Source: Asterias rubens (taxonomy: Eukaryota). Taken from it: a DNA stretch of 64,000 bases. The stretch lies in contig NC_047064.1 of NCBI RefSeq assembly GCF_902459465.1, positions 21,452,001 through 21,516,000 of the forward strand. The letters run 5' to 3'. The translations under genes were made by a program, and so were the position numbers. This document shows, piece by piece, positions 25,507-42,847 of the stretch (positions within the stretch are counted from its first letter, which is position 1; each line of letters opens with the position of its first letter). The notes beneath the pieces were generated by a model. The model worked only from the letters and a program-made list of their open reading frames with translations, made no database searches and was not told where the DNA came from.

Positions 25507-26461
25507 TTAATAAGGGAATAAAAGGGTAGCGACGGTTTCTTACGTGTGATCGGCTCGGGCGAGGGTCTTGAGCGTATGGCAACGACCCTGCAAGGTTTAA
25601 ACGGACGATTAAGAAGGAGTCACTACTTTTTTATTCCCATTCATAAATGCCCTTTCGTTAAAAAATTTGACCGTTTAAAATATGAGGTTTGAAGTATTTA
25701 GTTAAAAACCTTTGTGGAGAGTCTGTTGCGCGTGGGTTGTGTGTATGCGCGCAAGCTTAGAAATAGGTTGCGTGTGCGAACTTAGAAGTAGATTACGCGC
25801 TGTTGTTAATAGCTATGAATTGCATTCTGCATAATAATCTTGCGCGTCTGACACGCAGAAGCCAGCCAGTTATAAACACTGGTCATTATCAACCAGTTAA
25901 ACACCCCCACGTGACGCGCTCTCCACCACTATGAGTAGAGGAACTGTCTGGGGTATTTATGAATGCTTTTTAAATCTCTTTTCCATACAATGCTCTTCAT
26001 AGTATCATTGTGTTATTAACATCTCAAAACCTTTTTATGCATCTGTAGTAGAAAGTAATTAGTGACAAAAACCTGCATTATGAAGGGATGTGCCCTGTAA
26101 CCCTGCAGTGAACATGTGAATTAAATATGGCAGGAGATTTAAGTTTGTAGCAAGTGATGGTCTTTTGCCATTGTTCAACAGTGGCTGTCAATCTTTAGCT
26201 TCCATGGAATTGCAACAAAATGTTGCTAAACACACTTGCTTGGCAAACAAATTACTTCTCACAAACTGTTGTTTAAAATGTTCAATACATTTTCAGACAA
26301 AAAAGGTTTTTGGGATACATAACTTTGAGTGAGCAATGATTGCTCACCCATAATAGGACCTTGGTCAGACAATTTTCTCACAAGAAAAAAGGTTTAAGTT
26401 CAAAACAGTTTCAAAGTTGGGAGCACTTTTTATTATTATGACAGATTTCTGTTAAATGCAT

Positions 26462-27278
26462 AGAGCTATACATATATTGATGTGACTAGAGCGCTAACAC
26501 CCCATTATACAGGCAATAAAGTTTTGAAGCCGTGTGGGCGCATCAATGTTTATGTACAAACGAATACAAAAGCTTGATATTTTGTATGCCAATTGTACGG
26601 CTATTTGCATGATAGTGTATTTCGTCGTGTGCCCGGCAAAAGGGCGTAAGGCCTTACGCCCTTTTGCCGGGAACATAAAGTAGTTCGTCCCAGTAACAAA
26701 AGGACGTAAGCAACAAAATGGCTCCTGACATGAAAAATATGTCATTTTTGTTTGTTCTTTTGCTAGAATTACCCTGAAGACATGTTTCCCCATTCCCCAT
26801 GCAGAATTTAACCTTTCTAGAATGACTTTTGCATGGCAACAAATTTACCAAACTTTCCCGCTCATAATTCTTGAAACACAAATTTTAACATAAATTGCTT
26901 ACGTCCTTCTGCCGGGAACTTTCCCTTACGTCCTTTTGTTATTTTCTATGTGTCACCGAACCAAAAGATGCAGCAAATGTAAACGCACAATCTGCTGATG
27001 AGCGTCCAAACTGCGAGCGTCATTTGCGTCATGTTAAAAAGGCACGTATACTTTTTAAAGTTTTCGTAGCGCAGACAGACGCGAATGGGCAGTCGCGTAC
27101 GAAAGCGTACACGCCGAATGTTAAAAAACGCGCCAATGTGAATTAAAATCGTTTCGTAGTCATGCAACACATCAAACATGTCTGTGCCCAGGGTGGCTTC
27201 AAAACACAGAGCAAGTTAGCGCTATATAAATGTAGTTTATTATTATTATTATTATTATTAGTCAATATATATAGCTCT
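26462..27278. mobile_element. About 817-bp non-autonomous DNA element with AT target duplication
   Basis: at-AGAGCTATACATATATTGA...TCAATATATATAGCTCT-at, with internal inverted repeats around aaggacgtaagcaa / ttgcttacgtcctt. Confidence 0.6.
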
Positions 27279-27466
27279 ATGGTTAAACGCAACCTTTGAA
27301 TTTGTTTTTTATGCGATTATTTGACATTAATATGTGGAACTCAGTGTTGTAACTGCGATGGATTTTTTCAATAAACCTGTTTAATATTAAATTGAATTAA
27401 TTTTGTCAACTTGAGTTTGCATTGCATTGATTAAGATTCTTCCTCTTTACATGCTTTATTCTTGAC

Positions 27467-28030
27467 CTATGCTTCAGCACTGTGTAGGATTCGTCCCCTA
27501 TGCTTCAGCACTGTGTAGGATTCCGGTCCTATGCTTCAGCACTGTGTAGGATTCCGGCCCTATGCTTTAGCATTGAGTAGGATTTTGGCCCTATGCTTCA
27601 GCACTGTGTAGGATTCTTCCCCTATGCTTCAGCATTGTGTAGGATTCTTCCCCTATATGCTCAAGCACTGTGTAGGATTCCGGCCCTATGCTTTAGCATT
27701 GAGTAGGATTTTGGCCCTATGCTTCAGCATTGTGTAGGATTCTTCCCCTATATGCTTAAGCACTGTGTAGGATTCTGGCCCTATGCTTTAGCACTATGTA
27801 GGATTCTTCCCCTATGCTTCAGCATTGTGTAGGATTCTTCCCCTATGCTTTAGCATCGAGTAGGATTTTGGCCCTATGCTTCAGCACTATGCAGGATTCT
27901 TCCCCTATAATAATTATGCTTAAGCACTGTGTAGGATTCTGGCCCTATGCTTTAGCACTGTGTAGGATTCTGGCCCTATGCTTCAGCACTGTGTAGGATT
28001 CTTCCCCTATGCTTTAGCATTGAGTAGCAT
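27467..28030. repeat. 31-bp minisatellite, about 18 copies
   Basis: Unit about CCTATGCTTCAGCACTGTGTAGGATTCTTCC, with variants (ccggccc, ttggccc, cttccc) and no unique spacers. Confidence 0.95.
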
Positions 28031-28609
28031 TCTCTGACACTTTCGTAATAAAAACTCTGCATGCTATTCTGCAAACACATTATAATGATCCATGATTAAC
28101 AAGGCAGAGGGCGCCCTATCTAGCCCTCCGTTGGTTTTAGCAATCATTGGTTTTGTACAGTAGTATATGGTGTAGAGCAGAAAGCACAGAGGTCAATGAG
28201 TAGAGTAGAATCCTACACCGCCTGTGTGGTAAAATTTTTGTACGCATATCGTGCAGGGTATAATGTTTTCTCACGTGATAAAACACCACTTTGTTTACCT
28301 TTTGGATCAACAAAGCAAAAGCGGAATGCGTCTTCGTCTCGTGATGGAAAATAAAGGGAAGTATTCACACTAATAAAATAATTCGCAAACTGAAAACAAG
28401 TTGCAGTCATTTAGATCTGTGAAAGCTGGGGGAGAGACAGCTGCGGAAGGCATTGAATACTTCCTCCAATTGTTGAATTGAAACCGCGTACATGTACATG
28501 TTTGGGGTCCCCCTTTTTTCTTACCAAACTGACGACTGTGAGGACTTCTTCGTTTAAAAACTTAGTTAGCTGGGCAAAGGAAGGAGGACCGAGAAGGGAA
28601 TTCGCGGAA

Positions 28610-30579
28610 ATGTCCGATACACACAAGGAAGCTATGCTGGGTGGTGGTGGTAGCAGTAGTGGCAGCACCGTGACCATACCACAGCCTACAACGACCGGCG
28701 ACAACTACCCGTCGTATCCAGGGATGTCGACCGCAGGCATCTCCTACCCAACGGCGCCCGGGACCATCGGAACTGGAGTCCCCACGACGCACGTTCAGCT
28801 AGCTGCCGGTAGTGCGGGCCTTGTCCCGGTACCCCCTCAGGCATGTCAGCAACAGTACCCGCAGTTGACTAGTGCCCAGAGGCCACGCAAAAGTTTAATA
28901 GTTGCATATATTTTGTGGACCTTATTTGGAATCTTCGGTGCGCATCACTTCTACTTAAGAAGGTACATTTTTGTTGTTGTTGTTGTTGTTGTTGTTGTTT
29001 TTGTTTTTTGTTGTTGTTGTCTTTGTTGTTATTGCTGTCAAAGGTTGTGGTTGGCCTTGCTGAGTGTTTTCACGAAAAACATAAAAATAATTTTAAAAAA
29101 TTAGGTGCTGTTTAAAATCTGAAATTCAATTTTCCAATGTATTTTCCTTGCCCTTGCCCTACAGATACTTTTTCGGGATAATTTACGCCAGTACACTTGG
29201 TCTTTTTGGCTGTGGATGGGTCATTGATTTCTTCAGACTACCTTGTCTGGTGAATGAGACAAACCAAGAACAAAATGATTTATTAGTCCGTTATGACGCC
29301 ACCTTGACAACAAATCAGATAAACAACCGCTACTTCATGAGAGATAGGTCTCTGGCTGATGCGTATGTACTTTGGTTTCCGCTTGGCATTTTTGGTAAGT
29401 TAAATACACGTCACATATAACTGTTTTCCCTTTTCCAATCATTGTTAATACTTCAATTTACTATTGAACATAAATATAAATTTCAAAGCATACCTAAGTA
29501 ATGAACTTTACAAAAGTCTCAGAAAAAAAATTCCACAAAAAATTGTGAATTTTCAACTTTGAATATGTGTCTATGTACGAAATATATAAATGTTCATCTG
29601 AACTTTCTTTTGTACTAATATTTGTCTATATTTGTTTCATAAAGGATTTCATCACTTTTACCTTGGACGAATTGGCTTTGGAGTGATCTATTCCTTTACT
29701 CTTGGTCTGGGAGGTGTGGGCTGGTTGGTGGATTTCTGCAGGATCCCAAGTCTAGTTCAAGAAACTAATGACAAGTTAAGAAGGCTCCGGAATGGTGAAA
29801 TGGTTGAACGAACTCTTGAATGCTCAGTTGCTGATGCTTACCAGTTAGCCTTCCCATTAGGTATGCTTGGGTTGCATCATTTCTACATGGGTCGAGTAGG
29901 CCAAGGTTTTGTGTATCTCTTCACCCTTGGCCTCGGAGGTATTGGTTGGTTGGTTGATCTGATACGACTGCCGTACCTTGTTGCGCGTCACAACAAGGAA
30001 GTACAGCAGCACCAAACCTGGTTGCGTCACCTTGACGATGCTTACATCTATGCAGTCCCTTTTGGTATCTTGGGATTCCATAGGTTTTATCTCAATGGGC
30101 CACTCATGGGGTTGTTGTACTTCTTCACTGCAGGGTTGTTCCTTTTGGGATGGCTCACTGATTTGGTTCGTATGCCTTGGCTCGTCATGGCTGCCAATGA
30201 GAAAGAAGCCAGGCGCCAAGAGCTTATCGGTAACGATCGTGTGTATGTATTTCAAGCTGCTGGTAATCCTGTGCTGATTCCCTCAAACTATGGCGCTATC
30301 TATCCGCCAGTTCCCCCTGAACCCCCTGAACCCCCATACCCAGCTCAACAGAACACGCACTATGTTCCCTATTATAACTTCCCTAATAACCAATCTGACC
30401 AAAACTTTGCCATGCCTCCTCCGGTTTCACCAAATACATGTCCACCTGAAAATCCACCCCCTTATAGCATGGATGCATCCCAACAACCCGCATGCCCGCC
30501 CTCCTACCAGCAGTCCTCAAATCAAGCTTGCAATCCATCTGCCCCGTTATTACAACCTGAACAAAAACCTCTATGCTGA
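28610..30579 (+). CDS. Membrane protein with four tandem TM2 domains and a Pro/Tyr-rich tail, 3 exons, about 505 aa
   Basis: Exons 28610-28962, 29165-29394 and 29645-30579; GT-AG introns in phases 2 and 1; 1518 nt in total. Four repeats of the TM2 pattern S..xAYxLxxPxGxxGxHxFYLxRxxxGxxYxxTLGLxGxGWxxDxxRxPxLV. PPPY and PPSY occur near the C-terminus. Confidence 0.88.
28972..29036 (+). repeat. (GTT)n microsatellite in intron 1 of the TM2 gene
   Basis: gttgttgttgtt... immediately after the donor at 28963. Confidence 0.9.
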
Positions 30580-30997
30580 AGAAAACAAACCCATTCAGTT
30601 TTGGAAGCAGAGTTTGTTTGTAAATTTTCTGGTATCTGGAAATTAAATTGTCATTCAAATAAAAACTGATAATATTATGATCATAAGTAACGGATGGATT
30701 TTATAAAACAAAGAAATAACTTAAAATTTGTTTGTAAAAATATTATCTGTGTGATCTGTAATATATCTATTGATATGATGTATGAAGTATCAGGTCACAA
30801 ATTTACATACTTACAATAACCAGCTTACTTTGTTAAGTATCTCCAAATCAAAGTTGTATTGAGACTGTAGTGTCCTTCTGTCCTCAGTGAAATTTTTCAG
30901 ATAAAAGTTTTGAGCCTCTTGAATTTGTCTTGAAAATTTAAGTGTCAGATAAAAAGGTACATGTAGACCTTAGTGTTTTTTGGATTTAGGAACTTAA

Positions 30998-31377
30998 AGG
31001 AACATATTGCCTTGGATCGGTCGAGTTGGTCTTTGAAAAGCGCTTATAACCGTTTGTTATAAAATGCATCTGGTTAGAAAGATAATTTAAAAGAAGAATA
31101 CAATGATCCACATAAATTTGCCTCAAAATTGCATGGTTTTCCTTTTACTTTGCGAACTAACAAGGTCGGCCATTTATGGGAGTCAAAAATTTTACTCCCA
31201 TAAATGGCCGACCATGTTGGTCGGCGAGGTAAAAGGAAAACCACGCAATTTTGAGTGATACTTGTGTGGGTCATTATATTCTACTTTTAAAATATCTTTC
31301 TAAGCATATGCTTTTACAACAAACGGTTACAACGCTTTTCAAAGACCAACTCGACCGATCCAAGGCAACGTGTTCGT
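30998..31377. mobile_element. Kolobok-like MITE (AGGAAC family) with long TIRs
   Basis: TTAA-AGGAACATATTGCCTTGGATCGGTCGAGTTGGTCTTTGAAAAGCG...CGCTTTTCAAAGACCAACTCGACCGATCCAAGGCAACGTGTTCGT-TTAA. Confidence 0.8.
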
Positions 31378-33975
31378 TTAATACTTTAAACTGAGGCAGA
31401 ACTGCTGATTAACTGCAGTCAAATGTAATCAAAAGTTTTAAAAGTTTTAACCAGTGACTAGAGATGATATTTGTATAAGTCTTCACAGTTTATAATCAGT
31501 TCTGACTGTTGTAAAAATTTCACCTTCAACTTGTAAAATCCTTTCTGATGGTTTAATTTTTACACAAACTTTAACCAGTACAGCAAAACAATATTTTTGT
31601 ATGTAATAAGCCACTATTAATTTGAAAACGTTCTGTGTGAGATATTCTTTCCACTAAGTTTATATACTGATTTGTACTTGACACCCAAGGCTTTGAATTG
31701 ATAATATTAGAAATGTTGTTGGCTTTGTGCTCTGGATGTTATAACGTTGTAAAAAGCGGTCAGTCGCATTACACAAAAAGGACATGGTAAAAAAAACACT
31801 TGTCACAATTAAAAAAAAATCTCCTCTATCAAAAAGATTGTGAAAGTGTTCTATATGTAACACACAACTCTTACACATGAGTATCCAACAGGATACTTAT
31901 AAATGGTCAGCAACTTGAACTTTTAGGTATACATGGCAAAACCATGGTCAGTCGCATTACGGTCAGTCGCATTACAGTTTTCCAGGCAATGTAGCCACGC
32001 CTATATGGAGCCCAAGCCGAGTTCTGATTTGGCAAAATTTGGCTCATTCCTTGTCAACAACTAAAAATAAATTGGTTTCATATGTTAGATATAACTTCCA
32101 AGTGGAAAGAAAGTTGTGACAAAAACTGGATTTTTCGGTGTCATGTCCATGTTTGCTTGGAGTTGCCCTTATGCTTCAATTTATAAGTCTTGCTATATTT
32201 TGTCAAGTCAATTTTTATGAGTCATTTTCTTTTGATGTAGATTTTTAAACAAATTTTAACTAGCATAGTCTATTACTACAAAACAACCAATTATATACAA
32301 TACTTTTTTGGTCATAATGTCACTGCTGACATGAAGTTACCTAAGGGCTAAATAATGTTCTTAATGTGCGAGTCTTACTGTAATTGTTTTGTCAAGTCTT
32401 AGGTTTTGAGTGCCATATCCTCTTCCAGTAACTAATGTATACATGTATTTACAGTGTTTTGTTTTATTTTATTTGGTATTGTTTACATCGATTTTTTTTT
32501 CCCTTGTCTTTTTATCGTTTATTCTGTTTATAATTTAATGTAGGCTGTTGCTTTTAAAATTTATTTTAAATATATTTTCACAGTCGTTCATGGTGGTCTG
32601 TTTCTGTTCCCTATTTTATTTTACTTAATCTTCAATGTATGCTTTAATTTTCTTTCCTAAGATGATTCTATTTTAATTGTTAACTTTGTACATATCAGAT
32701 TGTTTTTATATAGGCTATATGAATATTTATTATTGTTTTTTTTTTAATCCTTTCCTGTAATTGGCGGCTCGTTCGCTGTTGGTTTGGTCAATAAATATAA
32801 AGTCAATTTTACAAAACATCTACTTTGGGTGCAATTGTGCTTAAAATTTATGCCGAATTTTGACCTCTTGTGATGAATTGCATATAAAGACAATCCTGTT
32901 CAACTAGAATAGTTACATTTAAAAAAGTTAAATTAAAAGTTATGCTTGATGGTTTTTGTTTAAAACAAAGAGTCACTTTAAAAATTGTGTTGAGATCACA
33001 ATAGCTTGTACGTTTGCATAATTTTTTACCATAATCTTTCATGTAAATAAATAAAAGTTAAAAGAAAACAAACTTGAAAAGTATCAAGTGTCTATTTTAT
33101 TTATGAGCTGAATATTTGTTGTTGAAAAAAAAAACATTAAGATTAAATGTTTAAAATGTATTTTATTCATGAGTATTTAATTTAGTCCACATCGCTCATT
33201 GCAGTCTAATCAAAACCAGGCACTTCTCAGAAATAACAAATTGTCACAAGAAAACCAAAACATCATCAGCCCTATTTGACAAATACTTTAATTATGTGTT
33301 TTGAAAGCTGTTGTTCTGATGAGCAAAATAAACCAATGTTTGGGGGTTTTGGAAGAAAGTGCTTGGGGTGGATTTATAGTCTTATCTCGAGTTAGGGTGG
33401 ATTAATCGTCCAACCTCCATTAATTAAGACTAGCCTAAAGGACTAATAACTCCTAAAGAGTCTAGTAGACTTGTCCTAATTTTGGATTATCTTTGAATCG
33501 GTCCCTTTAACCATGGAGGTAGAAAAGGGAATGGTTCTTGGAAGTACCCTGTAACTGTTTGTGTGTTTTATACCTGCATGAAGTTTGGCCCCTCTGAGAG
33601 CAAAGATCTCAAGTTGGTTTCCCCCCTTTGAATGGGTCATGACTTCAGTGTGTAGACTTCAGTGTGTAGACTTTATGTAGCCTTCTTTAATGTCACTAAT
33701 GGAATAGCTTTCACCCAATAAAGTTGTCTATCATGATAAAAGACAGTTGAAAACGAAATGATCAAGTAATAATATGACATTATGTTCCGTGTATTTAGTT
33801 AGCAATGTCTGCTTATAAAATATAAAGTGGTATTCAGATCACTGTCGGCGGCTTGACGTGCGAGACTAGTCATGATAGCGAATAACTGTCAGGAGCAATC
33901 CCTTTTTTCTAAAAGTTGCCGAGCCTTCCTTGTAAGTTAATTGTAGTTGGCCTGCAGCTGCTGAAAAGTGCAATC

Positions 33976-37666
<3,691 letters not shown>

Positions 37667-37743
37667 AGTTATTCATCATACCAAAGCTTTCTCATTGGTC
37701 CTCTGTTCAACAATAGCGCCCTCATCAGTTTTAGTAAGACCAG

Positions 37744-38087
37744 GGCCCAATTTCACAAAGAGCTAAGATTGATCTTAACTGCAAATCAATCGTAGTTGCT
37801 TAGTAAAGTGTGATTTCACGATGCAAATCACTATGGTGATACTGACAATTTGTCTTACGATGATTTTTATGGCTTCGTGAAATCGAGCCCAGGGCCCATA
37901 TTCATAGAGATGCTTTTGCGCAAAAAGTAGCTTAGCACAATAAAAGTGTGCATACCAGAGCAAGGTTACCATCCAAACTACCATGTCACATGTACAATTT
38001 GTGACTGGTATCCTGCTCATTTCTGCTTAGCAGACAATTGTTAGGCAGTATTTTCTGCTTTTAAAAGCAGCCCTAGGAATTTGGGCC
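37744..38087. mobile_element. Two adjacent GGCCCAATTTCA-family MITEs
   Basis: cag-GGCCCAATTTCAC...GTGAAATCGAGCC-cag-GGCCCATATTCAT...AATTTGGGCC-cag. Confidence 0.7.
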
Positions 38088-38509
38088 CAGGTGGTTGTTC
38101 TGATGTTCCACCGTATCATTTTCAATTCACATTTTTTTTGCGGAAGATTTTCAAAGGCAATTTCAATCACATATCATGAACTACAACTTTTAATTTTCTC
38201 TTTGAATTCCTTGAAATTATTAGTTGGAAATTTAAACACTTTAGTCTTGATCATGAGTATAAATATTTACAACCCTTCCCTCATATTGCAGTGTAAGCAA
38301 AATAACTTGGATGTTACCAAGATTTTTGCATGATTTTGTCATCATATCACGTACTGTACAGTATGTCAGTTACTACTACGAATAATAGTGGCTTCTTATA
38401 AAGCGCTCAAATACGTCACTCAGTGATGCTCATGGTGCTTCAGCATTCAGTATTTTCCTACAAGGTTTACAGAGCTACGTTTTAAAGTTTGAAACTTTTC
38501 CTCTACATA

Positions 38510-38778
38510 GCACCATGTAATTGTTTACAAGGTGCCAATCTAACCAGGAACGCCAAGGCGAATCCCTTCTCTTTACGATAAGTGCACTGGGTTCTTTTAT
38601 ATGCATTACACAACACATGGGACCTATGGCGTTACGTCCAATCCAAAGGACGCAGCAATAATGGTTTAGTGTCTTGCTTACGGACCCAAGTGTCTTGACC
38701 AGGACTCGAACCCACACTGTGCTGATCGGAAACACCAGAGCTTGAAGTCTGGTGTTCTTATCCACTCAGCCACGACAC
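38510..38778 (-). mobile_element. tRNA-derived SINE
   Basis: The - strand head gtgtcgTGGCTGAGTGGataag...gtgGGTTCGAGTCCtgg carries Pol III A and B boxes. It is followed by a roughly 180-bp non-tRNA body that is also found at about 46.95-47.3 kb. Confidence 0.75.
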
Positions 38779-39242
38779 ACTACTAACCCTCAACCAATTT
38801 TCTAGAAAAACTAAAGTTGGATGTACATGTACAATGTAGTTATAAAACTCAACCATGATTAGGCACTCAATCAACGAGTAGATCGCTGGGCTTTTAATGT
38901 TATTCATTTGTACTTAATAAACACCTCTCCCGTACTTGTTCTAAGAGATGTTACCAATCAATTTTGTCAATTAATCTCGCATAAAACCCATCAGTTTGTA
39001 AACAATGATTGGGGAGATTAACTCATTTTGTTCGTTGTGATTCAGGATCGATCAATAAAAGCAAGTCTAACTTGCACATCTTACAATTATTTGTGTCTGT
39101 CGTGATGTACTCGTATTAATTGTAGACTTCAGCAGAGACCAATAAACTTGTTAACTAGTCTTTAATCCCCACTTAGAAACACGGAGCATCCTAAGAAGTT
39201 ACTACATTTCTTTATAAGTCATTTTAGTGAGTTTGGTCTTAA

Positions 39243-39618
39243 AGGCACTGGACACATTATTGGTAGATATTCAAAATAATTATTAGCATAAAACCTTGCT
39301 TGGTAACAAGTAATGGGGAGAGGTTGATAGTATAAAACATTGTGAGAAACGGCTCCCTCTGAAGAGACGTAATTTTCGATGAAGAAGTAATTTTCCACGA
39401 ATTTGATTTAGAAACTTTAGATTTAGAATTTGAGGTGTCCAAATCAAGCTTCTGAAAACACACAACTTTGTGTGATAAGGGTGTTTTTTCTTTCTTTATT
39501 ATCTCGCAACTTCGACTTTGAGCTCAAGTTTGCACAGGTTTGTTGTGTTATGCATAATGTTGAGATACACCAAGTGAAAAGACTGGTCTTTGACAATTAC
39601 CAATAGTGTCCAGTGTCT
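39243..39618. mobile_element. Kolobok-like MITE (AGGCAC/AGGCAG family)
   Basis: TTAA-AGGCACTGGACAC...CAATAGTGTCCAGTGTCT-TTAA. Confidence 0.8.
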
Positions 39619-39832
39619 TTAAAGGGAGCTGTGCATTTCTTTAGGTGAGGTTTTCAATAGTACCATGTGTAAATCTCTTTTGAGTAGTGTTGCCGGTGGA
39701 TTGTAATTACACGCTTCTAGAAATGTACAAGTAGGATTTGAAACTACCACTGTACGAAGCCGGCATGAATGTAAATGTAGAAACAGGCTCTATCTGACCT
39801 TACCTCCGACTGCTTAGACAGACTGGGATCAG

Positions 39833-40114
39833 GGGCCAATTTCATGCGCTGCTTAGCGGCCAATTTTGTGCTTACTGTGCAATTTCTATTTCATAGCGCT
39901 GCTAACCGTAAGCACAAGAAAAGGCGTGCTAACCTTCCGGTGCTTACCACACGAAAATAAATGACGTCACAATGCAAATCCACGGTAAACACGCGATATG
40001 GCCGCCCAATTTTTCTGCTAACCCGTGAAAAACGCTAAGGCTTAAGCAAATTTTTCTGCTACAGTAAGCACACACAAATTTGCTTACCGTTAAGCAGCGC
40101 TATGAAATTGGGCC
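39833..40114. mobile_element. GGCCCAATTTCAT-family MITE with CAG duplication
   Basis: cag-GGGCCAATTTCATGCGCTGCTTA...TAAGCAGCGCTATGAAATTGGGCC-cag. Confidence 0.8.
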
Positions 40115-42678
40115 CAGGTTGGTTCAGTGGTTTCTTTCCCCGTCTTTGACCTCGGTGGACCCCTGGTACGAATCCCACGTCATCAGCCATGCATGTTGAT
40201 TAGTTTTCAGTCATTACTTGATTGCATTTGTTTTCTCTTTCGAAATTTTCCTCCAACACTCTTTGAAGTTTCTGCCCTTACCAGGCATGATATTTGGTTT
40301 TGGGGGAAAAAAGTAGGAAAACTTTTTTTTTTTAGTACATCCATGTATACATGGTGTAGGCTTCAGTAGTCGTTTCAGGCTATTTAATCAAATTTTTCAA
40401 ATTTTACCAAAGGCAAAAACAATCGGAAATCAGACTAAGTAAAGAAAGAAGAATATCATGCCTGCAACACTCTTTGGGGTTCTCCTCCTCAACAGACATG
40501 CAACTTTCTTATTGCAAAAAAAAAAAAAAAAGAATGGCAGATCACACTTAACTTTTGTAGTGTTTTTCAGTTTTCTATGGCACTGTTTTGAAGAGAAAAA
40601 GAGGACTGAACAGCTTAAAAGTTTCATGGCTGTCCTCTTTAACTGAGTGTTTCTTCTGATTTCCTTGTGTCCTTTTAGAAGACCTCAGTTATGGTAAACA
40701 TTATACCCCCATTGGCACAGGAAGCCCTTTGAGCACACTACAGACGGTTTCTTTTCTCCCAATGGAAGTATATCTAAATTGGGGTAGTATAGCTGACCAA
40801 CCCTATGAGACCAATAAGTACCACTGAATGAGTGACAAAAATACACAAATTATTTCCCTTTTCATTTATTCTTTAATTTATGAAATCTTACGATTCATAT
40901 GCTTTAAAGTGGAAGCATGAATAATGTGTTCATTACATTTCCCCAGTATTCAATATCAGCTACAATCATTCTACAATAATGTGTTTATATTAATTTTATA
41001 TTTCCGGCTTGTTTTTTGTTTTCCCCGACTGAAAAAAAATTGTATTTTACATGTTTACAGTGGAATACTATATTATTTCATATACAAGTTAAAGGTTATA
41101 TTGACTTAAGCTAAGCTGAATTAGTAATGGCAGCTAAAGTGATTCTCCATCGGCAGCCATGTTGCAGTTTCACATTATTTGAAAAAAATCTTTAATTTGT
41201 TTTTGTTTTAAAGAGGTTAGCTCGGGGGCTGAGATCCAGAGACTAATTTTATTTATAAAAAAAAACGTTGGTTAAGCAGGTCTATGAAACTGGGTCATGG
41301 TGTTGTTGTAGTGTTTAATGGCACATCTTCCTAAAGCATTTTGAGATATGGTTGACACATTCGATAACCATGCACTATTTGGGTTGGTGTTTGTTCCTTT
41401 GAAAAGGTAGGAACATTTTATCAAGAAAAAGGGCTGACCTGCATGTACATGTACATAAGGTGCATGCTTTAATTGACATTTCAGGCTTTTGAAAAATATA
41501 AAGTAGGGAGAATATCATCCCTGCATAGTGTCTGCCATATCTCCTCATCTAGAGAACAGTGTTTCAATGTTGCGTAAAATGTTGATTCCAAAACCATGGA
41601 GGGCGTTGACTAAGAGCTATTTCTAGTGTGAACTCACATAACAAAAGCATGTCTGAAAGTACGTAGACAAAATTACCCTAGTGTGGTTTATGTTGACTGT
41701 TTTGAGACATTTTACAACAATATCAATCATTTCAAAGCACTGGAGGATGCTAAATTGTGGTGACGTACTTTCATCCCAAACCAATTTACCATGACGACGA
41801 TTTGTTAAGATTGTCATCAGATGGACCTGGCTCAAAGTCAAGCATCATTCCCACCTCCATATAAAAACTTGGAAATAAAAAACCACAGGGAAGAAAGTTA
41901 GACTTGGAGTCAAGGCTGAAAATGTAGTTATTTGTTTGTGTTGCTTGAAATACTGTTGGACCTCTGCTAGTATTGATGATGGGTTGTAGCCATAGAAATG
42001 TGGCCGTTTCAGTTTGCCCATTTTAACAAGCAAATAATTGTATGTTCAGCCTCAAATCCAGTCCACAGCAAGTTGACCAAACCAGGTTTCCACCAACATA
42101 CAACTGCATACATGTACTACTTGAAAAAAAGGCAGTTTCGTTTTACAACATCAATACCACAAAAGGACACGCCCCTCTTTTGCAAAACACAATGATAATT
42201 AACAATATATTATACATATAAACATTACCTACCATCACCTTAGACCATAACCACCATTAGTTTTGAAGGATGGAAAGTCCAACACTGCAATTATTATAGA
42301 TAAACAATTCCCATTCTCGAAACAAAATGGCCCAGGTAACAATATTAAGAACATTGTTTTCATGAAATACTGTTGTTTCTCAGGTGAGTTAGTGGCGAGT
42401 AAAATCATGTTTTTTTTTTCATGAAACATCATTGTTTCTCAGTACATCCATACCAGGGTTAGTGACAAGAGGTATCGCTACAGCAAGCTGCCCATGAGGG
42501 AGAGGCTGAGGCAAGCTATTCCTTCTTCTTGCAGCCCAGTTTGCCTAAATTGATCTGTATCGATAACAACAAAATGGCTGCAGTATGATGAGGGTATCTG
42601 AGTGAAACTCAACCCAACACTGCTATCAATCATCCCTATTACAAAGCCATAAATCTATAGACTGCTACAAAACACTAA

Positions 42679-42847
42679 GGCCCGGTTCATACTTCCTGCC
42701 AATGCAAATGCGAAGCGAATTTGACTACCCTCCTTTCGCAGCGATATTCGCAAGTGAGTAGAGCAGAGGGCAACTGCTGCGAAATATTCTCTGCAAATTT
42801 GTGACAACAACATTCGCTTTGCATTCGCATGAAGTATGAACCGGGCT
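42679..42847. mobile_element. Harbinger-like MITE, second copy
   Basis: GGCCCGGTTCATACTTCC...GAAGTATGAACCGGGCT; homologous to 37227-37411. Confidence 0.75.

Noticed and set aside
20000-27400. Autonomous transposase or LINE ORF
   Set aside because: Only short ORFs from MITEs and low-complexity DNA; no DDE or RT motifs were seen.
27467-28030. CRISPR-like array
   Set aside because: The units are contiguous with no unique spacers, and the context is eukaryotic. It is a minisatellite.
28963-29115. Poly-Val/poly-Cys extensions of ORFs 28478-29104 and 28915-29115
   Set aside because: Read-through into an intronic (GTT)n microsatellite after the donor at 28963.
38690-38778. tRNA gene
   Set aside because: It has A/B boxes, but I could not fold a convincing cloverleaf, and it continues into a body shared with another dispersed copy. 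It is a SINE head.
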